This document shows, in pieces, positions 18,624 through 27,736 of a stretch of DNA of 64,000 bases. Source of the DNA: an uncultured Chloroflexia bacterium (GTDB lineage Bacteria; Chloroflexota; Limnocylindria; Limnocylindrales; CSP1-4). Position 1 is the stretch's first letter, and every line of letters starts with the position of its first letter. Made by a program: the position numbers and the translations under genes. The notes under the pieces are model-generated. The model did no database searches and was not told where the DNA came from. It saw nothing but the letters and a program-made list of their open reading frames with translations. Location: positions 608,001 to 672,000 of the forward strand of contig CAWHXD010000008.1 of the NCBI GenBank assembly GCA_963833225.1. Reading direction: 5' to 3'.

Positions 18624-21536
18624 ATGCCATCCAGCGCCAACCGCCCGACCGAGGGCAAGCCCGCGCGACCCAGGGAGGCCCGGTTCGCGGCGATCGTCGC
18701 CGAGCCGCCGGGTCCCGGTCTCGGCCGCGCCCGCGACCTGGTGCGACGGGAGGTCGGCCTCCTGGGCTCGCTGCTCGGGCAGGTCGTCGCGGAGCAGGCC
18801 GGACGCGACCTGTTCCTGCTGGTGGAGCGGATCCGGCGGCGGATGATCGCGTTCCGCCGCGGCGACCCCACGCTGGTCTTCGAGCCGGACGCGGAACGGC
18901 GACGGCTCGACGCCGAGATCGCGTCCCTCTCGATCGAGCAGCTCGCCGCCGTGGGCCGGGCATTCACCATCTACTTCCAGCTGATCAACCTGGCCGAGGA
19001 GCGGCAGCGGATCCGGACGCTGCGGACCCGGGCCCGGCGGGCCCGCGGCCGCCCCATCGACGAGTCCATCGGCGAGGCCGTGGCGACGCTGGGTGCGGCG
19101 CATGGCCGGGCGGGGGTTGCCCAGATCCTCGAGCGAACCCGGATCCACCCGGTCCTGACCGCGCACCCGACCGAGGCACGGCGACGGACGCTGCTGGTCG
19201 CCCAGCGCCGGATCCGGCGGCTCCTGGACCACCTCGACGATCCGCTGATCACGCCCGACGAGGACGCCGACGTGCGGCGGCGGCTCCGAGAGGAGATCTC
19301 GCTCCTGTGGCACACCGCCGAGATCCGCACGATCGCGCCCACGTCGCTTGACGAGGTCCGTTCGGAGCTCGCGATCTTCGACGAGACCCTGTTCGTCGCG
19401 GTCCCGCGCTTCCAGCGGGCCGTGGATCGCGCGCTCGACGCGCTCGACCCGGCAGCCGCCCGCGGCTCCAGCGGCGCGGTCGCCACCGATGCCGGGCGGA
19501 CCGGGACGCGGCCCGCCGAAGCCCCGGCCCTGCTCCGCCTGGGCTCGTGGATCGGGGCGGACCGTGACGGCCATCCGGGCGTGACCTCGGACGTGACGCT
19601 CCAGGCCGCCCGCCTCCAGGCGGACCACCTGCTGCGCGGCTACGAGGCCGTGTGCACGCGGCTGATGCAGACCGTCGCGGCGCGCCTGCCGGCCTCGCGC
19701 CTCGATCGGGCGCTGGACACGGCCCTCGTGCGCGACGCCGAGGACCTCGGCGACACCGCCCGCCATCTCCGGCGCCGGTTCCCGGACGAGCCGTACCGGC
19801 AGCACCTGGGGGCGGTCGCCGAGCGCCTGCGCCGCACGCGCGCCGCGCTCACCGGCGAGACGGCCCCACGCGCCGGCAGCTACCGCGACGCCGCCGCCTT
19901 CGACGCCGACCTGGCGATGCTCCAGACGGCCCTCGTCGCCGACGGCCTCGCCCGCGTCGCCTTTGGCGAGCTGGCCGATCTCCGCTGGCAGGTCGCGACG
20001 TTCGGGTTCCATCTCGCCTCGCTCGAGGTTCGCCAGCACGCCGGTGTCCACCGCGACGCGCTGCGCGCGCTGGACAGCGGGGCCGACCCCGAGACCGAGA
20101 TCACAAGCGGCGTGCCGCTCGCCGAGGTGCTCGCCACGTTCCGGTCCATCGCCCGCATCCAGGCCCGGTTCGGGGTCGAGGCGTGCCGGCGCTACGTGAT
20201 CAGCTTCACCACCTCGCCCGACGATGTCGCGAACGTCCTGGAGCTTGCCCGCCGAGCCGCGGACCCGGAGCCGTTCTCGCGTCCCGCGCCGGTGCTGGAC
20301 GAGCTCCCGCCGGGGCTGCCGATCCTGGACGTGGTCCCGTTGATCGAGTCGGCCGATGCGCTCTGGGGCGCGGGAGCCCTGCTCGAGGGGCTCCTCGCCG
20401 ACCCGCCGTATCGCGAGCACCTGCGGATCCGCGGCGACCGGCAGGAGGTGATGCTCGGCTACTCCGACTCGTCCAAGGAGAGCGGGTTCCTGGCGGCGAA
20501 CTGGCTCCTGTACCACGCCCAGGAGGCGCTGGTCCGGACCGCCCGTCGCCATGGCGTGGCGCTCACCCTGTTCCACGGGCGCGGTGGCGCGATCGGGCGG
20601 GGCGGTGGACCCGCGAACCGGGCCATCCTGGCCCAGGCCCCGGGATCCGTGGACGGCCGCCTCAAGTTCACCGAGCAGGGCGAGGTCATCGCCGCCCACT
20701 ACGCGGACGTCACGATCGCCCAGCGGCATCTCGAGCAGGTCACCGCGGCCGCGCTGTTGGCGTCGACGCCCGAGCACGAGCGCGAGACAGCGGAGGTCGC
20801 CGCCACGGGCGAGGTCGCGATGACGGAGCTGAGCGCGATCTCGCGCTCGGCCTACCGGACGCTCGTCGAGCACCCGGAGTTCGCGGCATTCTTCGGTGCG
20901 GCGACGCCCATCGCCCTGATCGGCGGCCTCGGTCTCGGGTCGCGGCCTTCCTCGCGACCGCGGGGTCGCTCCGCTGCCGGGGCCCCGCCCGACCTCGACA
21001 CGCTGCGGGCGATCCCGTGGGTCTTCGCCTGGTCGCAGGCGCGCGCGAACCTGCCCGGGTGGTACGGGCTGGGCACCGCCCTGGAAGCGGTGGTGGCGCG
21101 TGGCGGCCGCGAGGTCCTCGACCAGCTCACGGCCCTCTACCGGCGGTGGCCCTTCTTCACCTCCGTCATCGACAACGCCGAGCTCTCGCTGGCCAAGGCG
21201 GACATCGCCACCTTCCGCCGGTACGCGGCCCTGGCGGGCGGCGCCGAGGCGGTCGCCATCCGCGGGCTCATCGAGGCCGAGTACGGTCGATCGATCCGCC
21301 TCCTGCTCCAGGTGACCGGGAGCGACCGGCTGCTCGCGGGCCACCCGGGCCTCGCCCGCTCGATCGAGCTCCGGGCGCCCTACATCGACGCCCTCTCGGC
21401 CGTCCAGGTGGAGCTGCTTGGCCGCCTCCGGCAGGCGGAGGCCGGCGGGGCCGGGCCCGAGACGACCGCCCCGCTGCGCGGCGTCGTGGGTGCCACGATC
21501 AACGGCATCGCGGCGGGCCTGCAGAACACCGGCTAG
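18624..21536 (+). CDS. ppc: Phosphoenolpyruvate carboxylase
   Basis: VLTAHPTE, GSWIGADRDG, QEVMLGYSDSSKESG, FHGRGGAIGRGGGP, LRAIPWVF and C-terminal GLQNTG. Confidence 0.97.
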   Translation: MPSSANRPTEGKPARPREARFAAIVAEPPGPGLGRARDLVRREVGLLGSLLGQVVAEQAGRDLFLLVERIRRRMIAFRRGDPTLVFEPDAERRRLDAEIASLSIEQLAAVGRAFTIYFQLINLAEERQRIRTLRTRARRARGRPIDESIGEAVATLGAAHGRAGVAQILERTRIHPVLTAHPTEARRRTLLVAQRRIRRLLDHLDDPLITPDEDADVRRRLREEISLLWHTAEIRTIAPTSLDEVRSELAIFDETLFVAVPRFQRAVDRALDALDPAAARGSSGAVATDAGRTGTRPAEAPALLRLGSWIGADRDGHPGVTSDVTLQAARLQADHLLRGYEAVCTRLMQTVAARLPASRLDRALDTALVRDAEDLGDTARHLRRRFPDEPYRQHLGAVAERLRRTRAALTGETAPRAGSYRDAAAFDADLAMLQTALVADGLARVAFGELADLRWQVATFGFHLASLEVRQHAGVHRDALRALDSGADPETEITSGVPLAEVLATFRSIARIQARFGVEACRRYVISFTTSPDDVANVLELARRAADPEPFSRPAPVLDELPPGLPILDVVPLIESADALWGAGALLEGLLADPPYREHLRIRGDRQEVMLGYSDSSKESGFLAANWLLYHAQEALVRTARRHGVALTLFHGRGGAIGRGGGPANRAILAQAPGSVDGRLKFTEQGEVIAAHYADVTIAQRHLEQVTAAALLASTPEHERETAEVAATGEVAMTELSAISRSAYRTLVEHPEFAAFFGAATPIALIGGLGLGSRPSSRPRGRSAAGAPPDLDTLRAIPWVFAWSQARANLPGWYGLGTALEAVVARGGREVLDQLTALYRRWPFFTSVIDNAELSLAKADIATFRRYAALAGGAEAVAIRGLIEAEYGRSIRLLLQVTGSDRLLAGHPGLARSIELRAPYIDALSAVQVELLGRLRQAEAGGAGPETTAPLRGVVGATINGIAAGLQNTG

Positions 21537-21598
21537 GCACGGCACCATTCCCGCAGGCACGCCAACCGGCGTGCGGCGAACGGATCCGGAGGCGGCTC

Positions 21599-22717
21599 GT
21601 GCGGGAGATCAGGGCAGCGGTCATCAACGCGGCCGGGGAACCCACGGCCATCGAGTCCCTGCTCCTCGATGATCCGGGGCCGGGCGAGGTCCTCGTGCGG
21701 ATGACGTCGGCCGGGGTCTGCCACTCCGACCTCCACGTGCGTGACGGGCACTGGAAGCGGCCGGGGCCCATCGTCATGGGCCACGAGGGGGCGTGCGTGA
21801 TCGAGGCCGTCGGGGCCGGGATCGACCCGGCGGTCGTCGGCCGCCAGGCGGCGCTGTCGTGGTACGCCCCGTGCCTCCGCTGCCGGGAGTGCCAGCGCGG
21901 GCGGCAGTGGCTGTGCTCCGGGTCGCCGTCGCTGCGCCACGCGCAGGCGGACGGCACGACGCGGCTCGCCCGGCCGGATGGGACACCGGTCCTCGCCTAC
22001 CTCTCCATCGGGACCATGGCGACCCACCAGGTGGTGCCCGCCTCGGCGGTCGTGCCGATGCCCGATGGCGTCCCGCCCGAGGTCGCGGCCCTCATCGGGT
22101 GCGGCGTGTCCACCGGCGTCGGTGCCGTGGTCAAGACCGCCGAGGTACCGGCCGGGTCCACCGTCGCGGTCATCGGCCTCGGCGGCGTGGGCCTCTCGTG
22201 CGTCATGGGCTCCGTGCTCGCGGGCGCCCGCCGGATCATCGCCGTCGACGTCAGCCGGGCCAAGCTCGACCTCGCCGGCGAGCTCGGCGCCACCCACTGG
22301 GTCCAGGCCGACGCCGCCGACCCGGCGGTGACCGTGGACGGGATCCGGAAGGCCGCGGCCGGCGATGGACCCGACTTCATCTTCGAGGCCATCGGCCTGC
22401 CGGACACGATCGCCCAGGCCATCGCCGCCCTGCCGCCTGGCGGAACCGCCGTGCTCGTCGGACTGACGCAGTTCGGGCAGGTCGCCGCGTTCGAGCCGTT
22501 CCCGTTCGTGGACGGCGGGAGGCGGATCCTGGGATCCAACTACGGGTCCTCGGTCGCGGCGATCGACTTCCCGCGGTATGCCGAGGCATACCTTGCCGGC
22601 CGGCTGCCGATCGGCAAGCTGATCGACCGGCGCCTGCCGCTCGACGACCTCGAGGACGCGTTCGACAGGCTTCGGGCCGGGGAGGTGGCGCGCCAGATGG
22701 TGATGTTCGAGGGTTAA
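21599..22717 (+). CDS. Zinc-dependent alcohol dehydrogenase (MDR family)
   Basis: GVCHSD, GHEG, CxxCxxC-x7-C, IGCGVSTG and GLGGVG; GGAGG upstream of GTG 21599. Confidence 0.92.
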   Translation: MREIRAAVINAAGEPTAIESLLLDDPGPGEVLVRMTSAGVCHSDLHVRDGHWKRPGPIVMGHEGACVIEAVGAGIDPAVVGRQAALSWYAPCLRCRECQRGRQWLCSGSPSLRHAQADGTTRLARPDGTPVLAYLSIGTMATHQVVPASAVVPMPDGVPPEVAALIGCGVSTGVGAVVKTAEVPAGSTVAVIGLGGVGLSCVMGSVLAGARRIIAVDVSRAKLDLAGELGATHWVQADAADPAVTVDGIRKAAAGDGPDFIFEAIGLPDTIAQAIAALPPGGTAVLVGLTQFGQVAAFEPFPFVDGGRRILGSNYGSSVAAIDFPRYAEAYLAGRLPIGKLIDRRLPLDDLEDAFDRLRAGEVARQMVMFEG

Positions 22718-22985
22718 GGCGCCGAGCGTGTCGGGCATGCCGCTGGGCGCCGCCAGCTGGATCAAGGCCACGCTGCTCGGGATTGGCCTGGGCGCTGCCG
22801 GGTCGATCGGCCTCGGGGTTCTTGGCGCCGGCTCCGGGCTCACGCTCCTTGTGGCTTGGCTGGCCAGGGCGGGCGGGCACGCGGCGCGGGCACGCGGCAG
22901 GGGGCGGGCACGCGGCGCGGGGCAGGCACCCCACCGGGCGTGCACGCGGCGCGGGGTGGGCATGCCACCACCGCCAAATGCACCT

Positions 22986-23110
22986 GATATCGCTCCCGAC
23001 TGATCCAGCAACGGGCGACAGCTCCCGGAGGGCCGCAATATCACCTCGGACCGCTACAGCGACCGTGACGGGACGCGGCGGCCGTTGCTACACCGGTGGG
23101 GACTGATATC
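22986..23110. repeat. Upstream ~125-bp repeat cassette: two direct and one inverted copy of a degenerate 29-mer
   Basis: Reference 29-mer GATATCAGTCCCCACCGCTACAGCAACCG; copies at 22986 (22/29), 23037 (22/29) and inverted at 23082-23110 (25/29). Confidence 0.75.
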
Positions 23111-23236
23111 TGGCGCAATGTGCCGGGGTGCAAGCGAGCGTCGGGCCCGGCTCGGGTCGCGGGGCGCGGCCGGGTCGACGCGACTGGCCCTGGCCCGCAT
23201 AAGCCCCAGGTAAGGGACCAACCTCACCGTGTCCCC

Positions 23237-23977
23237 ATGACACCGGAGTCCATCGGGAGGGCACTGGCCGCGCTGCGCCTGCGGGCCGGCATGCGACAGG
23301 TCGACCTGGCGATGCGCGTGGACATCGGCCAGTCGTCGGTCTCGGCGGTCGAGCGCGGCCACCTCGACGCGGTGTCCGTTCGCACGCTGGGGCGCCTGCT
23401 CGGCGAGCTGGGCGCGGAGCTGGTATTGAGCGTCCGATGGCAGGGCGGCGAGCTGGACCGGCTGCTCGACCGCGCCCACGCGGAGCTGGTCGAGCGGGTC
23501 GCACGTCGTCTCGCGGCCCTGGGCTGGGAGGTGTTCGTCGAGGTCTCGTTCTCCCGCTACGGCGAGCGCGGCTCCGTGGACGTGATGGGCTGGCACGCCG
23601 CGACGCGAACCGCGCTCATCGTCGAGGTGAAGAGCGAGATCGCGGGCGTCGAGGACACGCTCCGGCGCCACGATGTGAAGGTGCGCCTCGCGCCGCACAT
23701 CGTGTTCGATCGCCTTGGTGAGCGACCGTCCCGGGTCGCACGGCTGCTGGTCCTGCCGGATACGTCAACGACCCGGCGTCGGCTTGCCGAGCACGAGTCC
23801 ACGTTCAGGCGCGCCTATCCCATCCGCGGCCGGGCTGTGACCCGGTGGCTGGCTCGTCCCAACGGCGTCCTGGCTGGGATCCTCCTGGAGCGGGGCCTGC
23901 GGGACGGCGGGCGGCGTCGACGACGTGTTTCGCGGCGCCGGACACCGGCGGACACACCGGATATCAGCGCCGCGTGA
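23237..23977 (+). CDS. XRE-type HTH fused to a PD-(D/E)XK nuclease-like domain
   Basis: LRLRAGMRQVDLAMRVDIGQSSVSAVERG HTH; E...GSVDV...LIVEVKS catalytic-like pattern. Confidence 0.8.
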   Translation: MTPESIGRALAALRLRAGMRQVDLAMRVDIGQSSVSAVERGHLDAVSVRTLGRLLGELGAELVLSVRWQGGELDRLLDRAHAELVERVARRLAALGWEVFVEVSFSRYGERGSVDVMGWHAATRTALIVEVKSEIAGVEDTLRRHDVKVRLAPHIVFDRLGERPSRVARLLVLPDTSTTRRRLAEHESTFRRAYPIRGRAVTRWLARPNGVLAGILLERGLRDGGRRRRRVSRRRTPADTPDISAA

Positions 23978-24083
23978 TCCAACGACGGTGGACGGGCGCT
24001 GGACGGCCACAACATCATCCGGAGCTGCTGGAGAGGCCGTCCGGGGCGAAAAGGCGGTTGCTGTAGCGGTGGGGACTGATATC
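23960..24083. repeat. Downstream ~125-bp repeat cassette with the same architecture as 22986-23110
   Basis: Copies at 23960 (18/29), 24011 (weak) and inverted at 24055-24083; both ends are GATATC. Confidence 0.7.
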
Positions 24084-24084
24084 C

Positions 24085-24148
24085 GGCGGCGGGACCCGAT
24101 CTCCGGCGGCACCGGCGGCGGCGGGACCCGATCTCCGGCGGCACCGGC
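24085..24148. repeat. Perfect tandem repeat, 2 x 32 bp
   Basis: GGCGGCGGGACCCGATCTCCGGCGGCACCGGC at 24085 and 24117. Confidence 0.85.
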
Positions 24149-24197
24149 CGCGCCCGCCGGCCGCCGGCGCCGGCCAACCGCCCGCCGACCGCCCGGG

Positions 24198-25589
24198 CTA
24201 CTCCGGCGGCTCCGGCCGCTCGATCGGCAGGACCTGCGGGGCACCGGTGATCAGCCGCGTCGACCGCCCACGGGTCAGGAACGACCACGCCCAGCGCACG
24301 GTCACGACGATCCGGTTGGCGAACCCGATCAGGTACACGATGTGGATCCCCAGCCACAGCGCCCAGGCCACGAACCCGCCCTGGCGCCCGAACGGGCCCA
24401 TCCAGCCGATGTTGGTCACGCCCCGCAGCCGGCCGATGACCGCCACGTCGCCCGGGTCCCGGTAGTGGAACGGCTTGATCGGCATGCCACGGAGCCGGGC
24501 CGCCACGAGCCGGCCGGCGTACTTGCCGCCCTGGATCCCGCCCTGGGCGACCCCCGGCACGGACCGGCCGTCCTTCCACGGCTGCACGGCCGCATCCCCG
24601 ACCACGATGATCTCGGGGTGACCCGGGACGGTCAGGTCGGGGCCCACGAGGATCCGCCCGGACCGGTCCGTCTCGGCGCCGAGCGCTTCGGCGACGGATC
24701 GCCCGAATGACGCCGCGAGCACGCCCGCCGCCCACAGCACCGTTCGCGCCCGGATCTCCTCGATCCCGCCCGCGTCCTCCACGCGGACGAACGAGTCGCC
24801 GATGTCGATCACGCGGGTCCCCGTCCGCACGGTGACGCCAAGGCGCTCCAGCTGCTGCTTCGCTGACGCGGATCGGTCCGGCGGGTACATCGGCAAGACC
24901 CGGTCGAGCGCCTCGATCAGCTCGATCCGTGCGTCCTGGGGGTGGATCGAGCGGAAGTCGGACCGGAGCGTGTCGTTCGCGATCTCGCCGAGCGCGCCGG
25001 CCAGCTCCACTCCCGTCGGCCCGCCACCCACGAGCACGAACGTCATCCACTCGCGCCGCCGCACCGGGTCCATCTCGCGCTCGGCCGCCTCGAACGCGAT
25101 CAGGATCCGCCGCCGGATCTCCGTGGCGTCGTCGATGGTCTTGAGACCCGGAGCGAACGGCGCCCACTCGTCATGTCCGAAGTAGGCGTGGCGCGCGCCG
25201 GTGGCGACGACCAGGGTGTCGTACGGGAGCCCAAGGCCGTCCTTGAACCCGACGACCCGGGCATCAGGGTCAATCCCCGTTGCCTCGCCCAGCAGCACGG
25301 TCGTGTTGCGTTGCCGGCGGAAGATCGAGCGCAGCGGCTGCGCGATGTCCCCCGGCGACAGCGCGCCGGTCGCCACCTGGTAGAGCAGCGGCTGGAACAG
25401 GTGGTGGTTCCGCCGGTCAACCAGCGCCACGGCGACCGCGTCACCGGCCTTGCGCAGCTCCCGGGCAGCGTAGAGCCCGGCGAAGCCGCCGCCGACGATG
25501 ACGACGCGGTGCGGGCGTGGCGTGCCCGCTGGTCGGCGTCCAGGCGCGACGGGTGCGGGTGCGACGGAGGCGGGGACGGGCTGGGACAC
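24198..25589 (-). CDS. ndh: Type II NADH dehydrogenase
   Basis: VVIVGGGFAG, HHLFQPLLYQVATG, VGGGPTGVELAG and WAAGV. Confidence 0.9.
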   Translation of the reverse strand: MSQPVPASVAPAPVAPGRRPAGTPRPHRVVIVGGGFAGLYAARELRKAGDAVAVALVDRRNHHLFQPLLYQVATGALSPGDIAQPLRSIFRRQRNTTVLLGEATGIDPDARVVGFKDGLGLPYDTLVVATGARHAYFGHDEWAPFAPGLKTIDDATEIRRRILIAFEAAEREMDPVRRREWMTFVLVGGGPTGVELAGALGEIANDTLRSDFRSIHPQDARIELIEALDRVLPMYPPDRSASAKQQLERLGVTVRTGTRVIDIGDSFVRVEDAGGIEEIRARTVLWAAGVLAASFGRSVAEALGAETDRSGRILVGPDLTVPGHPEIIVVGDAAVQPWKDGRSVPGVAQGGIQGGKYAGRLVAARLRGMPIKPFHYRDPGDVAVIGRLRGVTNIGWMGPFGRQGGFVAWALWLGIHIVYLIGFANRIVVTVRWAWSFLTRGRSTRLITGAPQVLPIERPEPPE

Positions 25590-25764
25590 GCCCAGATGGT
25601 AACCGGCAAGCGGGCTCTCCCGCGGCCGTGACGCGCTCCCGCATCGCGGCCCGTTCCTCGTCGGTGAACCCCTCGGCAGCCTCGTCGATCCCGGCGGTGC
25701 GCGTCCCTCGCGCCCGGCTGCTCTTACGGTCGTGTGGTCATGCGCGGATCGCGCGGCGATCCGC

Positions 25765-27735
25765 CTAGGGCACGGTCACCGTGGTGGCGGCAAGTGGACC
25801 ACGATCGTCACCGATGCCGTCGATGACGATGCTGTAGGTCAGGCCGGACGCGAGGCAGCCCACGGCCACGGTCCCGGAGCCCGCAGGCCCGGTCGCCTCC
25901 AGCACGCCGTCGAGGGTCAGCCCGCCATCGGGCGTCACGCCGGATTCGGTCGGGAACGCGCGCACGGCCACGCTCTCCTCACCGATGCCAACGAGCTCAT
26001 AGGTCACGTTCGCGCTGGTGCAGGCGCTGGACGCGGGCGCAAGCGCCACCTGGTCGAGGCAGAACCCGGTGCCGCCAAACGTCGCCGATTCGTCGCAGGA
26101 CGCGCCCGCGAGCTGATCGAGCCTGACCATCGGCCGCAGGAAGGCGTCGGCGGCAACGTGGGAGTAGGGCGAGAGACCCGTGCCGGCCTCGAACAATGGC
26201 GAGGCGACCGCGGCGAGCGACACGTCGAACGTCTTGACGCCACTGCCGGTGGTGAACGAGCCGATCCCGCTCGACCCGGCGAAGACCCCGCTCCCGGCCA
26301 CGGCCTGGAAGTCGTAGGTCGTCGCGGCCTGGACATCGAGCTCGGCGAGCACCATCGGGGTTCCGAACAGGGTGACGCCGGTGATCGAAGTGGCGGTGTG
26401 CACGTTGGCGGGGCTCTCGCCGTGGACCCAGAACTTGACGTCGGACGTGGTTGGTGGGTCGACGGTGAACCCGACGATCGCCTTGTTGGCACGGTCGGAG
26501 TCGACGAACAGGACGTTGACGGTTGGCCCCAGCTTGAGCTGCAGCAGGGGTGGATCCCCGGACACGAAGATGGCCTCGAGGCCCGTCGGGCAGCCGGACA
26601 GGCTCGGGCTCACGATGCAGATGTCGAACACCGGGCTGACCAGGATGCTGTCCCTCAGCCCGCCCGCCACGGGGGGCGCCGCCGGGCTGGCAACCTCGAG
26701 GCCGATGTCGCCGGGCTCCACCGGCAGGAACCCTGACGGCACGGGTACCGGCGTGGCACCGGGGTCCACCGAGGGCGGGGCGCTGGCGGAGGGATTCGGG
26801 GAGGAGCCGGGGCCGTGCGGGCCGGAGCTGTCGGCAGGAATGGGCACGACATCCGGACCCACCACGTCGGGGGCCACGCCGCCGGGCGGGAAGGCCCACA
26901 TCGCCGGGATCCGGCCGCCGCCGAACGCCGTCCCGAACGCATCCACGACCGAGGCCGGCCACCAGTCGCCCTTGTAGCCCGAGTGCGGCCGACCCAGCGG
27001 ATCGATCACGTAGTAGGCCTCGGGGATGCCGCGCTTGGCGTTGCCCGGGTAGTAGCCGTCGAGGTAGATCGCGTGGCCGCCGGTGAAGTCCTTCTGGAGA
27101 CGGAGGCCCGCGGGGATCTCGCCGTAGATGCCCTGGATCACGGCGCCGTAGCCGTGGGCGAGCAGGTCCTTGAGCTGCTGCGGGCGCAGGAGGCCGGTGG
27201 GCGCCGACACGCCGTATCCGCGCCACAGGGCCGCCTTCAGGTCGTTGAGGCCCGTGCCGCCGTCCTGGTCGTCCTGGAGCGTCCGGAGCACCGACCCGTT
27301 GGTGACGATGCCGAAGGCGAGCCGGGCGAGCATCGAGCCCGAGGCGAGGGTGCAGTTGGCGCCCTGGAACGGCCCGCCGTCGAACTGGGTGATGGGGTCG
27401 ATCCGCGGGAAGCCGGTGGGATCCTTGAACACCGCCGGCTCCACGCCCTGGCCGGGGTCGCCCGCACCCAGGATCGCCGCCGCCGCCGCGCTCAGGTCCC
27501 CGGGATCGAGCGAGGCCAGCGCGACCGGGTCGCTGGCGGGTTCGGCATCAAAGGCCGCGATGGCTGGGGCGTCGCCTGCGATGGGGGTGTCGGCACCGCC
27601 CAGGAGGTACTCGGGTGCCGTGCCGGCGGTCGAGTGGGGCGACCGATCCTGCATGGCGCCGACGACGACGCTCGCAACGACGAAGCCGAGGACGGCGCTG
27701 ACGACGAACGCCAGGAGTCGGAGGATCCAGCTCAT
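25765..27735 (-). CDS. Membrane-anchored papain-like (C39-like) cysteine peptidase-domain protein with C-terminal beta-rich domains
   Basis: N-terminal TM; TQFDG...NCTLAS...GGHAIY...VIDP gives a Q/C/H/D pattern; Pro-rich linker. Confidence 0.65.
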   Translation of the reverse strand: MSWILRLLAFVVSAVLGFVVASVVVGAMQDRSPHSTAGTAPEYLLGGADTPIAGDAPAIAAFDAEPASDPVALASLDPGDLSAAAAAILGAGDPGQGVEPAVFKDPTGFPRIDPITQFDGGPFQGANCTLASGSMLARLAFGIVTNGSVLRTLQDDQDGGTGLNDLKAALWRGYGVSAPTGLLRPQQLKDLLAHGYGAVIQGIYGEIPAGLRLQKDFTGGHAIYLDGYYPGNAKRGIPEAYYVIDPLGRPHSGYKGDWWPASVVDAFGTAFGGGRIPAMWAFPPGGVAPDVVGPDVVPIPADSSGPHGPGSSPNPSASAPPSVDPGATPVPVPSGFLPVEPGDIGLEVASPAAPPVAGGLRDSILVSPVFDICIVSPSLSGCPTGLEAIFVSGDPPLLQLKLGPTVNVLFVDSDRANKAIVGFTVDPPTTSDVKFWVHGESPANVHTATSITGVTLFGTPMVLAELDVQAATTYDFQAVAGSGVFAGSSGIGSFTTGSGVKTFDVSLAAVASPLFEAGTGLSPYSHVAADAFLRPMVRLDQLAGASCDESATFGGTGFCLDQVALAPASSACTSANVTYELVGIGEESVAVRAFPTESGVTPDGGLTLDGVLEATGPAGSGTVAVGCLASGLTYSIVIDGIGDDRGPLAATTVTVP

Positions 27736-27736
27736 C

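Noticed and set aside
22728-23003. 91-aa ORF with a hydrophobic N-terminus after adh
   Set aside because: No clear RBS, low-complexity Arg/Gly tail, and it runs into the repeat cassette; not supportable
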